Shown: one piece after another, positions 20,701 to 30,182 of the stretch
How positions within the stretch are numbered: position 1 is the stretch's first letter
Layout of the letters: each line of letters starts with the position of its first letter
From: a virus
Lineage: Duplodnaviria; Caudoviricetes
Length of the DNA stretch: 47,586 nt
Direction: 5' to 3' (one strand)
IMG/VR virus record: IMGVR_UViG_3300038318_000173
Coordinates: 1 to 47,586 of that record
Position numbers and translations under genes: made by a program
Notes under the pieces: generated by a model
What the model saw: the letters and a program-made list of their open reading frames with translations, nothing else
Database searches by the model: none
What the model was told of the DNA's origin: nothing

Positions 20701-20841
20701 ACCATGCTCAGAAAAGGCAAATGCTGTCATTCCGCAATCTATGGCTTTAGGAATATAGTCTCTATAATTTGTTATTGAATCTATATTTGTTACGCCGTTT
20801 GACAACATTGAATGACAATGTAACATTGTGTAATTAGCCAT
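17713..20841 (-). CDS. dnaE: DNA polymerase III alpha subunit (family C)
   Basis: PHP domain (HCHS, SEHG, DTH), SRGSVSGSLVAYLL, SDIDTD, KLDVLGL, YLFSENHA. Confidence 0.95.
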   Translation of the reverse strand: MANYTMLHCHSMLSNGVTNIDSITNYRDYIPKAIDCGMTAFAFSEHGCVFEYLHKKTDIENAGLKYIHAEEFYITNSPLELDKRVRDNYHCVLIAKNYNGFLELNALSSKSFNRTDGHFYFAPRITYEELKNTSDNIIISSACLGGIFNCDNKDLKNDFFKFYMNNKNRCFLEVAQHPSKEQKKYNEMLYGLHNKYDLNLVVGTDTHALNEEHADGRLLLQKSKKVFFDNEGEFDMIFRTYDELVHMFAEQNSMPKETYLQALENTNLIADMIEPFDLSKEFKYPKLYNNSIEVLNNKIEKGIKEKGINKFSNYQKYKDEIDYELKAIKHNKAEDFLLLEDMYKGEMRNKGIGYGYSRGSVSGSLVAYLLNITQVDPIEWNLNFDRFMSVDRVSLSDIDTDWYDTDREKVRDFLYNKEGLYCSEIITFNTIALKGAFKDVARAFEMPIEQANEITKDIETNENKYRKEYPEIFKYVDLLQGVVVSIGTHPSAVIVSPQELNTNIGLCSTSNNVHPVSQLNMKEVDSLNYVKLDVLGLDAVGLINQTCDMIGIDRLTPQNMEFNDEKVWESIRENTIGIFQWESDSAQAYLKQLFSKETITKIKEKNPNFSYIDLFSVGNGAIRPAGSSYRDELAKGEFNDNGHKALNDFLAPTLGYLVYQEEVINFLHKFCGYTMGEADIVRRGFAKKTGTEKFIPDIKRGFISTMQREYSVESKEAEKLISQFLVVIEDASSYLFSENHALPYSMTGYACGWLRYYYPLEFLTVACNIYQTDNIKSQALMDYIIEQGITIHSPKFRKSKAEFMMDKKNNAIYKGVSSLKVLNVEVADNLYSKKDETFVDWFDFLTHQKEIQINKSQLDKLIKINYFEEFGDINTILIATEIYHKYGIKKTLKKPIDFDIEGCYNKETAKQYSQLDNLKLCRKILAQTEIPKTTTYDKISYQIALMGYTTLVEPNTPMNYFAVSDCDINKYGTPFFKLYRIYDGGIITVKGDKKWYGQYGCKVGDVLKCVFKSKEKRRKINDKWVATGEYESILSTYCKIEK

Positions 20842-21291
20842 CTATCTTTTCTCCTTATACCATTCACTTAGTCCATCACCAAATTTATTCAATATCACAT
20901 TCCACTCTTGTTCACTAACTCCCCCACAATCATACTTTTCGCTTAAGTTCATTAAGCATTGGTATAAATATCTTGGTGTGTGCCATTGGGGAAATATATC
21001 TTCCAAGCCATAAGCATATGTATCAGCACCACAATATTCAATCATATTGTTTTGAAAATTTTGTAAAGATTTTTCAGAGATTTTATATCCTCTTCTTGAC
21101 ATTTCATCACATATGTCATAAGTATATTTGACAAAGTGCCCAATAGGATAATCTAATATTTTATTAACTAATAAATGGTTTGGTGTACCATTAGTGGCTA
21201 AATTCTTTGCTATACAACAACATTCACAATATTGTGAACATAATTGCTGGCGAGGCAGTACATCTATCATATTTTTACTCCACAATCTCAT
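20842..21291 (-). CDS. Pyrimidine-dimer DNA glycosylase/DenV-like (TIGR02328-like) protein, copy 1
   Basis: MRLW...LPRQQL.SQ..ECC, RRGY, F.QWH..RYL.QCL.NL.EK; start placed at MRLW. Confidence 0.75.
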   Translation of the reverse strand: MRLWSKNMIDVLPRQQLCSQYCECCCIAKNLATNGTPNHLLVNKILDYPIGHFVKYTYDICDEMSRRGYKISEKSLQNFQNNMIEYCGADTYAYGLEDIFPQWHTPRYLYQCLMNLSEKYDCGGVSEQEWNVILNKFGDGLSEWYKEKR

Positions 21292-21292
21292 A

Positions 21293-21742
21293 TCATTTAT
21301 TGCCTTTCTTTCCTTTGTCCTCATACATTATCTCATCGGCTTTTTTAATGGCACTCGACATATCCTCATAAACCTCTTTTTCATAATAACCTATTGAGAT
21401 ACCCTCTATTTGTTTTAGTCGTTCAATCTTATCTTGTTCTGTTGGTTCAATTAACAGAACAAATTCATCTCCACCATATCTTGCACAGTCAAGTGGATTT
21501 ATTTCTTTAATTTGTTCAGCAACTCTTTTGATTAATTTACTACCTGCATTATGACCGTTTTTATCATTATACTTTTTAAGATTGTCAATGTCGATAAAAA
21601 CCACAATATAATCTTTGTTGATATATTTTTTCTTTAATATTCTATCATAATATGTTCTGGAATGTATGTTGGTAAGGCTATCATAATATACTAAATTACC
21701 TTTTTGTTTGAGGTATAACCATTCGATTAAATTAAATTTCAT
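21293..21742 (-). CDS. Stand-alone GGDEF-domain dinucleotide cyclase
   Basis: DSLT, IDIDNLK.YND..GH..GS, ARYGGDEF, SIG, ADEIMY. Confidence 0.9.
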   Translation of the reverse strand: MKFNLIEWLYLKQKGNLVYYDSLTNIHSRTYYDRILKKKYINKDYIVVFIDIDNLKKYNDKNGHNAGSKLIKRVAEQIKEINPLDCARYGGDEFVLLIEPTEQDKIERLKQIEGISIGYYEKEVYEDMSSAIKKADEIMYEDKGKKGNK

Positions 21743-21757
21743 AATAAATTCCCTCCT

Positions 21758-22492
21758 TTAATATTGATTTGATGTATTTTTTATTCTATCACAAGCAATA
21801 TCAAAATATTTATCATCTAATTCAATGCCTATATATCTACGATTAGTATTTTTACAAGCCACACAAGTTGAACCTGAACCCATAAATGGGTCTATTATTA
21901 CACTATTTTTATTTGAATGTAATAATATATATTGAGTTAATAAATCAATGGGTTTTTCGGTTGGATGAAACCTTGTTTTATTAGGAACGATTGAACTAAT
22001 AAAACATTTCTTTTTATAATCAAAAGGTGTATTATTATTAAAAGTCGCTCCCTTCCCACGAACATATACAATAAATTCGCAATCTGATAAATATTTACCA
22101 TTACATAATGGTGCTGGATTAGTTTTGTTCCATACTAATAAAGTTGTGGATAATTTTTTTGATTCAAAATATCCCATAATGGTAGAAATTTGTTTATTTG
22201 AACAAAATATAAAGAAATTCGGAATTTTACATATTCTTAACATTTGAGTAAATATTTCTTCATAATTGAATCCATTACTTATAAAATCTATGTGCAAATC
22301 TTTTACAAGTTTCCTTTGAGCTAATTCAGTTTGTCCACCACCATGATTTTCATTTTTATATGGTGGGTCTGTCAATATCATATCAACACTATTATCAGGA
22401 ATATTTTTCATAATATCTAAACAATCACCTCTAAAGCACATTCCTAATTCATCTTTATAATCTGCTATTTTATATAATTCTTTTAAATTCAT
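21758..22492 (-). CDS. DNA amino-methyltransferase (beta class, DPPY)
   Basis: GDCL, TDPPY, HPTEKP, DPFMGSGST, IGIEL. Confidence 0.9.
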   Translation of the reverse strand: MNLKELYKIADYKDELGMCFRGDCLDIMKNIPDNSVDMILTDPPYKNENHGGGQTELAQRKLVKDLHIDFISNGFNYEEIFTQMLRICKIPNFFIFCSNKQISTIMGYFESKKLSTTLLVWNKTNPAPLCNGKYLSDCEFIVYVRGKGATFNNNTPFDYKKKCFISSIVPNKTRFHPTEKPIDLLTQYILLHSNKNSVIIDPFMGSGSTCVACKNTNRRYIGIELDDKYFDIACDRIKNTSNQY

Positions 22493-22500
22493 AGTTTACC

Positions 22501-23469
<969 letters not shown>

Positions 23470-23476
23470 TTATTCC

Positions 23477-24246
23477 TCACATTTCTAATCGTTTTTTACT
23501 ATATTTTATTTGCGCTTCACTTAGCTCGCTCCCAAAACACCAATCCATATTCATTTCTTTACACGCAACAGCGGTTGTTCCTGTCCCCATAAAAGGGTCA
23601 TACACATTGCTATTTTGTGGAGTATAAATGGACAATAATTGATTGCATAAATCAGTGCTATATGTTGCTTTGTTTAATTTGCAAGTTCCATCATTGTTTT
23701 TAGCTTCTATAAAATTAAAAATATTTTCATAGAACTTTTGACCATTTTTACCAATAGATTTTATTTGCTTATTTGTATTAAATGTTTTGTACTCATCTTT
23801 TCTACAAAAAACAAATACATATTCAGTAATCCTTGTTAATTTATTTGGACTTACATTATTAGGGAAGGCAGATTTTTTCTTCCATATAATCGTATCGGCT
23901 ATTGTGAAATTAGTATTCAAAATAATATCTGCTATTGCTAGCCACATGCACTCATTGTTCTCGCCGCCATAAGATATATTGTATAATATTTTGCCGTTTG
24001 GTTTTAATATTTTTTCAAACGAATTAAAAAGTTTTTTCGTCCATAAACAGTATTCTTCGTTTGTCATATTGTCATTATAAGAATCGTATCTACAATTCGA
24101 TGTTCTCATACTGTTTTCGGTATGAGAAACACGGCTATTATTATATGGTGGCGATGTAAGGATGGTGTCTATATCAGCATACCCCCCCTAATCATCCTAT
24201 TCATTGTGTCAAAACAATCTTCATTAAACAATTTAATTTTAGTCAT
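23477..24246 (-). pseudogene. DNA amino-methyltransferase (SPPY, N4-C-like) frameshifted at a G7 tract
   Basis: ATG 24246 MTKIKLFNEDCFDTMNRMIRGG then stop; shifted frame YADIDTILTSPPYNN runs into ORF 23477..24109 (DPFMGTGTT); one extra G restores a 256-aa ORF. Confidence 0.85.
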
Positions 24247-24316
24247 TTATTTCTCCCCGTATAACAAATATCTCACGTTCATTGCCAACTTTATCTGCTA
24301 CTATTTCGTTTATTGT

Positions 24317-24715
24317 TTATATTTTTTCCCAATTATCTATTTGACTATCAATATAATTTCCATTTTTAGGATAAATTTCATAATCAAGAAAAGTTTCTTT
24401 ACAAAATTTAATCCAATATACTTCATCAGGAATTAATAATTTTATATATTTAATTTTATCTTCATCGTAATATGCTTTTGCCGCCTGTAAAAAGTTAATT
24501 ATATCGTTTGCATTACATTTAGAAGATATTTCCAACGGAAGCATTTTATTGTTGATTTTAACTCTAATTTTATCCGTAGTATATTCTTTAGCCATAATAT
24601 AAGATTTATATTCTTTTATTAGCATTTCTTTAGAAATTATATGTCTATATACATAATCTAAAAGCTCTTCATTTTTAATACTACCTTGTATATCTATCAT
24701 ATTTTTAAAGCTCAT
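24317..24715 (-). CDS. Hypothetical protein (possible premature stop)
   Basis: 132 aa; frame stays open 25 codons past the TAA. Confidence 0.55.
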   Translation of the reverse strand: MSFKNMIDIQGSIKNEELLDYVYRHIISKEMLIKEYKSYIMAKEYTTDKIRVKINNKMLPLEISSKCNANDIINFLQAAKAYYDEDKIKYIKLLIPDEVYWIKFCKETFLDYEIYPKNGNYIDSQIDNWEKI

Positions 24716-25175
24716 TTATATCCACTCCCTCTCTATTCATTTTCACTAATTTCCAGCCAATCGGCGATTTCTTACTTCGTTTATAATAAGTTTTAAGTAC
24801 CCATTTTAACTCACCGTTCTTATCTACAAATGTTCCGTTATAAAAATCTTTATACTTTACATAGTATCGTATATCAGTATTTCCATCAACAACTATTGGT
24901 ACAGTATCACTATCTTTTATTTTGCCTACAAATGTATCGACACCAATCCAATGTTCATATATCCATTTATATATCGGAGAAGGTTTAAATTCTTTACATA
25001 TATATGTCGAACTACAATCATAAGATTTACAAAACGGAACTGCAAATTGAAAATGTTTATGGTCAAGTCTTTTACAATTAGATTTATAACCGTCTATATC
25101 GGCACAAGGAGAATAGTGAATACAATCTTTGCACTCAATGTAACAGCACTCATCTAAAAACTCATCTTTTATCAT
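24705..25175 (-). CDS. Hypothetical Cys-rich protein
   Basis: CKDC.H...C...C...C; AGGAG RBS. Confidence 0.6.
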   Translation of the reverse strand: MIKDEFLDECCYIECKDCIHYSPCADIDGYKSNCKRLDHKHFQFAVPFCKSYDCSSTYICKEFKPSPIYKWIYEHWIGVDTFVGKIKDSDTVPIVVDGNTDIRYYVKYKDFYNGTFVDKNGELKWVLKTYYKRSKKSPIGWKLVKMNREGVDINEL

Positions 25176-25248
25176 ATTTATTCTCCTTTTAACATTTGCG
25201 TTGTTAATTGCTAAGTATTTATGTTAGATTCATTTCTAACTTACCCTT

Positions 25249-25277
25249 ATTATAGCACAAACCACAATAGATGTCAA
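25249..25277 (-). promoter_or_regulatory. Sigma-A consensus promoter (extended -10) overlapping a 13-bp inverted repeat
   Basis: TTGACA-17-TATAAT with TG; heads the run of genes containing the MTases and GGDEF. Confidence 0.85.
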
Positions 25278-25320
25278 GTCATATTGTGGTTTGTTTTGAA
25301 GTTATTTTATTTAATTTAGA

Positions 25321-26091
25321 TTACAGCCTATGATTTCTATTATATCTCACAACCATTCCTATTACAACTATGCACAATGCAAGAACTATTATATTGATAG
25401 CAAACTCTCTGCCACTAATCGTATCGCTTGTTTGTGGTATATCATTCTTATTTGTGGTTGTAGTAGTTGCTTTTGGAGCTTTTTCTTTTTCTATTGTGGT
25501 GGTATCTTTCTTTGGCTCATCTGTTGTAGGCTTATCTACAATATCTACCCCCATATCTTTTAGCGTGAGGGCATAAATATAATCAAATCCGCACCCCTGA
25601 TATGTATTTCCTGTTTCATATCCCGCAATTCTAATTGGAATATAAATATCTAAATGTTCTCCAGCCTTTATTTCATTATTATGTTTTGCAAGTTCAGCGT
25701 TTATATTAAAGTTTCTTGCTCCAATTTTATTATCTCCAAACTGTAAACAGGTTGTAAAGAAATAATCTTGCGCTTCTTGTTCAGTTTTAAAATAGTACCC
25801 ATTATTAGGCACAGATATTCCACGCTTACCAAGCTGAAATTCTTCGTTACTTGTTACATTTGTAATCTTGTAATTATGGTTGCTTTCACTATTATCAATG
25901 CCAATATGAATCATCATATTGCAATCTGCTGGCATTACTGTTGTTACGCCATCTGTTGACTCAATGCTGAATGTTTGTGTCGTAGCAAGCTGTTGTTCGC
26001 TATCTCCAGCATACGATGTGCAATATCCACAAATCATTATGGCAAATGCAATGGTTACAATCGTACTAATTCTTATAAGTCTTTTGCTCAT
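25321..26091 (-). CDS. Secreted, probably sortase-anchored cell-wall protein
   Basis: Signal peptide MSKRLIRIS...SYA; T/K-rich stalk; IPQTSD + TM + basic tail RYNRNHRL. Confidence 0.75.
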   Translation of the reverse strand: MSKRLIRISTIVTIAFAIMICGYCTSYAGDSEQQLATTQTFSIESTDGVTTVMPADCNMMIHIGIDNSESNHNYKITNVTSNEEFQLGKRGISVPNNGYYFKTEQEAQDYFFTTCLQFGDNKIGARNFNINAELAKHNNEIKAGEHLDIYIPIRIAGYETGNTYQGCGFDYIYALTLKDMGVDIVDKPTTDEPKKDTTTIEKEKAPKATTTTTNKNDIPQTSDTISGREFAINIIVLALCIVVIGMVVRYNRNHRL

Positions 26092-26354
26092 ATATCTTCT
26101 CCATTCCAATCTACATAAATATCTACAATTTCTTTTTCGTCCTTTGGCGATGTAAGGCAGAATATTTCATTCCAATTTACATCTATTACAATTCGCTGTT
26201 TACATTTTTCTAACTCCGTATGAACAAAGGGGCAATCATATCGAGTATTATTGTTGTGTATATAGATATATTGGCAAATCCAAATTAATGCCTCTGCAAT
26301 ATCTGATACATTTGTGCGAATTATTTCATTATTTTCTTTAGTTATTAGTATCAT
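26088..26354 (-). CDS. Hypothetical protein
   Basis: 88 aa, overlapping start/stop with neighbours. Confidence 0.55.
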   Translation of the reverse strand: MILITKENNEIIRTNVSDIAEALIWICQYIYIHNNNTRYDCPFVHTELEKCKQRIVIDVNWNEIFCLTSPKDEKEIVDIYVDWNGEDI

Positions 26355-26553
26355 TTGTTATCTCCATATAAGCGTTTGCACTTTCTCCTTTTATAAAATC
26401 AAGTTCTTTAAAATTCTCTTTAAATATATAATTGTCATTAATAAATGGACAAGGCACAAGGTCATAGTAGCAGTAAAAACATTCTTGGTCAGTTAAATCA
26501 CATCTATTCCACAATGGTGAACTATCATAAAATTTACATTCGTTACAATACAT
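26338..26553 (-). CDS. Hypothetical Cys-rich protein
   Basis: CNEC...C...C..C...CP. Confidence 0.55.
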   Translation of the reverse strand: MYCNECKFYDSSPLWNRCDLTDQECFYCYYDLVPCPFINDNYIFKENFKELDFIKGESANAYMEITNDTNN

Positions 26554-26556
26554 TTA

Positions 26557-27006
26557 TTATCTCCCTAAATTATTAATAATAATATCATCGTCTAAATACA
26601 TCCAATTATCATCATTAATAATTTTCCATTCTTCTTCGGTAATTCCACCGCAATCATATTTTTCTTGAAGATTTAATAGGCACTGTATCAAATATCTTTC
26701 ATTGTGCCAACCCTTAAACATTTCATCAAATGTTAAAGACGTTTTCTTTTCATTGGTTAGACATTCAAAAAATCTACGAACAGACTCTTCCCTTATATTA
26801 TATCCTCGCTTTACCATTTCATCTATAACGTAAGCACTATATAAACAAAAATGTTCAATGGGATAGTGCATAATTCTATTTACTAATATATGATTTGGCG
26901 TATTGTTATCATGTATATTTATAGCTATACAACAACACTCTCGCCACTGAAAACATATTTGTTGCCGAGGCAATACCCGAAGTAAATCTTTGTGCCACAA
27001 TCGCAT
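26557..27006 (-). CDS. Pyrimidine-dimer DNA glycosylase/DenV-like (TIGR02328-like) protein, copy 2
   Basis: MRLWH..L..VLPRQQ...QWRECC; EM.KRGY; WHN.RYL.QCL.NL.EKYDCGG. Confidence 0.8.
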   Translation of the reverse strand: MRLWHKDLLRVLPRQQICFQWRECCCIAINIHDNNTPNHILVNRIMHYPIEHFCLYSAYVIDEMVKRGYNIREESVRRFFECLTNEKKTSLTFDEMFKGWHNERYLIQCLLNLQEKYDCGGITEEEWKIINDDNWMYLDDDIIINNLGR

Positions 27007-27052
27007 CTTTTGTCCCTCCTTGTTTTCTATCTTTATTTCCTTTCATACAAAT

Positions 27053-27081
27053 ATTATACACCATATTTAGTCATTTGTCAA
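27053..27081 (-). promoter_or_regulatory. Sigma-A consensus promoter
   Basis: TTGACA-17-TATAAT. Confidence 0.85.
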
Positions 27082-27087
27082 AAGGTT

Positions 27088-28752
27088 TTACCATACCTCA
27101 TCTAACCTTATATCCGATTTGCCTTTAACTTCATACTCATCTATCATTACTTGCGGTGTATATTTCCCTTTGTATTCATTCATTCCTAATGTCCCCACTA
27201 TCTCTATCTCAAGTCTATCTTTTGTATCTATATGGAAGTCATTAAACACATTTTTGTCGCATCTAAATCTTATAAATTCGATTCCTTTATAGGTGAATTT
27301 CAGGGTGTTTTGACTCTTACCAAGTATTTGTATCTCTTTAGCATTTAAAACAATATCATGTATATCAAAAGCCATTTTAGGTAGTCCTGTTGCCCAAATA
27401 TCGTTATACTCACCTACCGCCGAAAATAACGATAACGGTATTTGATTTGGCAATACTGAGCAACACACATCAAATACTTGTGCGTCCTTTATACTTATTG
27501 TATCACAATATTTTAATAATTTGTCAGTTTGATTTTGTTTCCACGCTACACCAAACGCTCTGTCATGCCCCTCAGCTATTGTCATATATCCACTTGTAGC
27601 AAGAATGTTTTTTAAATCAATATTACTTCTACATGAACCAAACCATTCATCACCTTTTTCATATACTGCTAAAATTGGTTTGCGATAATAGCTTAATAAT
27701 TTATTTGCGATTAACCCTGTATATGCCGTTTGAGGGACATTCACAATTTCTATATTGTGTTCGGTTTCAATATGCTCAGATATAATTTCTTTAAATATCT
27801 TATCACAAGTAGTTCTTTGATGATTATGCCACTTGTTTAATACTTTTATTTCATCGCTATAATCATCTTTATCAGTTACCATAGCCTTAAATATGAGCGT
27901 CTTGGCATTTGTATCATCACATCTCTGAATTGCATTAAGTTTAGGAACTACATTCCACGCAATAGATGTCGGATTGATTTTTCCATCTCTAATATAAGTG
28001 TCGCACAATGTTTTTAAAAATGGGTTTGTAATATTGTTTAATCCCCATTTATTGATACAACGATTCTCCAAAGAACACATATCCATAACATCACCAATAT
28101 TGCCCAATGCTACTAAATCTAACAACGATTGATAAAAGTCATCATCATCATGTTGACAACAATATTGAATAAATTTGAATGTTACACCAACACCTGAGAG
28201 TGATTTATTTTGTATCTTTGGTGAGATTTGATTATTTATGACCGTTGCATCAGTGTTGTTGGTAGATATTAAATGGTGGTCAGTAATTAATACTTTTATT
28301 CCTTTGTTGTTTAGAATTTCGCATTGCTCTACGTCATTACTTCCAGCATCGGGCAACCATAACAAACTACAATCATCATCTATTTGCTCCATTATTTTAT
28401 CTGTCAATCCATGAGATTTATCACTATGGAATAAGACTCTTATATAAAATTCAGGCACACCCAAATGCCTTAAATATAAATATGCTATCGCACAAGAAGT
28501 TAAACCATCAACATCGCTGTCTTGCACTATATATATAATATTTGAACTAGAACTAAAATAATTTTTTAATAAAGCAATATCTAAAGTATCACACCCCTGT
28601 TTCATATTTACATAATCATTGCAATCTTCAATACCACAACTATCGGCATTGAGATATCTCTCAACATCATCAATGCCACAAGCTACCAAATATTCTTTAA
28701 TAGTTGTATCACTATTTATATCAAGTTTATCTAATTTACAGTTTACTTTCAT
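27088..28752 (-). CDS. recJ: RecJ-like ssDNA exonuclease (DHH family)
   Basis: DSDVDG, HGL, TDHH, LSGVGV, GNIGDVM, GSCRS, GH..AFG. Confidence 0.9.
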   Translation of the reverse strand: MKVNCKLDKLDINSDTTIKEYLVACGIDDVERYLNADSCGIEDCNDYVNMKQGCDTLDIALLKNYFSSSSNIIYIVQDSDVDGLTSCAIAYLYLRHLGVPEFYIRVLFHSDKSHGLTDKIMEQIDDDCSLLWLPDAGSNDVEQCEILNNKGIKVLITDHHLISTNNTDATVINNQISPKIQNKSLSGVGVTFKFIQYCCQHDDDDFYQSLLDLVALGNIGDVMDMCSLENRCINKWGLNNITNPFLKTLCDTYIRDGKINPTSIAWNVVPKLNAIQRCDDTNAKTLIFKAMVTDKDDYSDEIKVLNKWHNHQRTTCDKIFKEIISEHIETEHNIEIVNVPQTAYTGLIANKLLSYYRKPILAVYEKGDEWFGSCRSNIDLKNILATSGYMTIAEGHDRAFGVAWKQNQTDKLLKYCDTISIKDAQVFDVCCSVLPNQIPLSLFSAVGEYNDIWATGLPKMAFDIHDIVLNAKEIQILGKSQNTLKFTYKGIEFIRFRCDKNVFNDFHIDTKDRLEIEIVGTLGMNEYKGKYTPQVMIDEYEVKGKSDIRLDEVW

Positions 28753-28760
28753 TTCATATC

Positions 28761-30158
28761 CTAAAAATGTATCTTTGTGTTAATTTCGTGTTCTACTACT
28801 TTACTCGTTGAGCTTTGTTTTGCTAGTTCCTTTTGTAATGATTTAATAAATTCTGTGCGTTTCCCATGTTCACCATGCACTAAGCACAGTTTTGAAAATT
28901 TTAAATTAGAATAATAATTGAGCAAATGAGCATAATCACAATGAGAGCTAAATGAGTTTAGTGTTACTATCTGCGCTAAATTTTCTATCCATACATCATC
29001 AATTTTGACTTTAGTTGCTTTACCGCTCTTTATCTTTCCAGCAGGAGAGGTCGGTGTAGAATAACCACAGAACACAATGTAACTCTTGGGATTGCTCAAA
29101 TTATTCTTGCACCAATAAGTTGCTCTACCACCTTGTAAAAATCCACCTCCGCAAATTACTATCATTGGTTCACAGCTATCATTAAATCTTTGACTATCTT
29201 TAAATTCTGTTACATACTGAAATTTATTACAACTCTTTACCTTATCCCAAAGGTCATTATCACAGTCTATCAATTTATGCCAAATTTTGCTAATATTTAT
29301 CCCTAATGGTGCATCAATGATAATGTCGATAGGTATATCCCCATCATACATTTCATAGATAACAGACATCATATCTTGTAACCTATTGAGTGAAAATGTA
29401 GGTATAATTACTTTAGACCTGTTTTCTAACGCATATTTAATTGTCATTGACAACTTATTGATATCGGTTGCTCTATCTCTATTTTTATAAAGTCGCTTTT
29501 TATTTGCGTAAGTAGACTCTCCGATAATCAAATCACAATACGGCAATTCGTCTAATGGTGAAAGCCAATATCGACTATCATAATCACTAATATCTCCAGT
29601 TATTCCCAATGTCTTTTTATTCACCCCATCGGTCATTTCCATATATACTTGTCTGCTTTTTACAATGTGCTGTGCGTTTATATATGTAAACTTTATATTA
29701 TCGTTTATTTTTCTTGTTTTGTGAATATCACATTCTTTAATATGCTTTAATGCTGTATCTATATTATCTTGAGTATATAATGGAGTTCGTTTATATCTAT
29801 CATAGTCTGCATTAAATATTTTTACGCAATCTTGCCACATTATAGTGAGTAACCCTTTTGTGCCTTTGGGTATATATAAAGGGCAGTCCGCTCCTTCGGC
29901 ATAGAGTTTTGGTATTAACCCACTGTGGTCAATATGTGCATGAGTTAATATTATAGCATCTAATTTCTTAGGTTTAATATCTTTGTTTCGTTTTAAATTG
30001 GTTATATAATCTTCTTTATCATTCCCTGATTGTCTCAGTCCATAATCCACTAATATAGAATAGTCTAAAAATCTAACTAAGCTCGCACTTCCTGTAACTT
30101 CCTTTGCATTTGTTCCAACTAATTCTACATAAGCGGATTTTATCTTCTTATTAGTCAT
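28761..30158 (-). CDS. Metallo-beta-lactamase/beta-CASP nuclease
   Basis: EVTGS, THAHIDHSG, TGD, ESTY, IPTFSL.R.Q, SFSSHCD, VHGE. Confidence 0.9.
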   Translation of the reverse strand: MTNKKIKSAYVELVGTNAKEVTGSASLVRFLDYSILVDYGLRQSGNDKEDYITNLKRNKDIKPKKLDAIILTHAHIDHSGLIPKLYAEGADCPLYIPKGTKGLLTIMWQDCVKIFNADYDRYKRTPLYTQDNIDTALKHIKECDIHKTRKINDNIKFTYINAQHIVKSRQVYMEMTDGVNKKTLGITGDISDYDSRYWLSPLDELPYCDLIIGESTYANKKRLYKNRDRATDINKLSMTIKYALENRSKVIIPTFSLNRLQDMMSVIYEMYDGDIPIDIIIDAPLGINISKIWHKLIDCDNDLWDKVKSCNKFQYVTEFKDSQRFNDSCEPMIVICGGGFLQGGRATYWCKNNLSNPKSYIVFCGYSTPTSPAGKIKSGKATKVKIDDVWIENLAQIVTLNSFSSHCDYAHLLNYYSNLKFSKLCLVHGEHGKRTEFIKSLQKELAKQSSTSKVVEHEINTKIHF

Positions 30159-30182
30159 AAAGGTTATAACCTTTCTTTAGTT

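Noticed and set aside
17713-20841. Intein or intron in dnaE or helicases
   Set aside because: Lengths and motif order are continuous with no insertion evident
28761-30158. Apyc1 anti-Pycsar enzyme
   Set aside because: 465 aa with full beta-CASP motifs fits CPSF/RNase-type nucleases rather than the shorter Apyc1 MBL proteins
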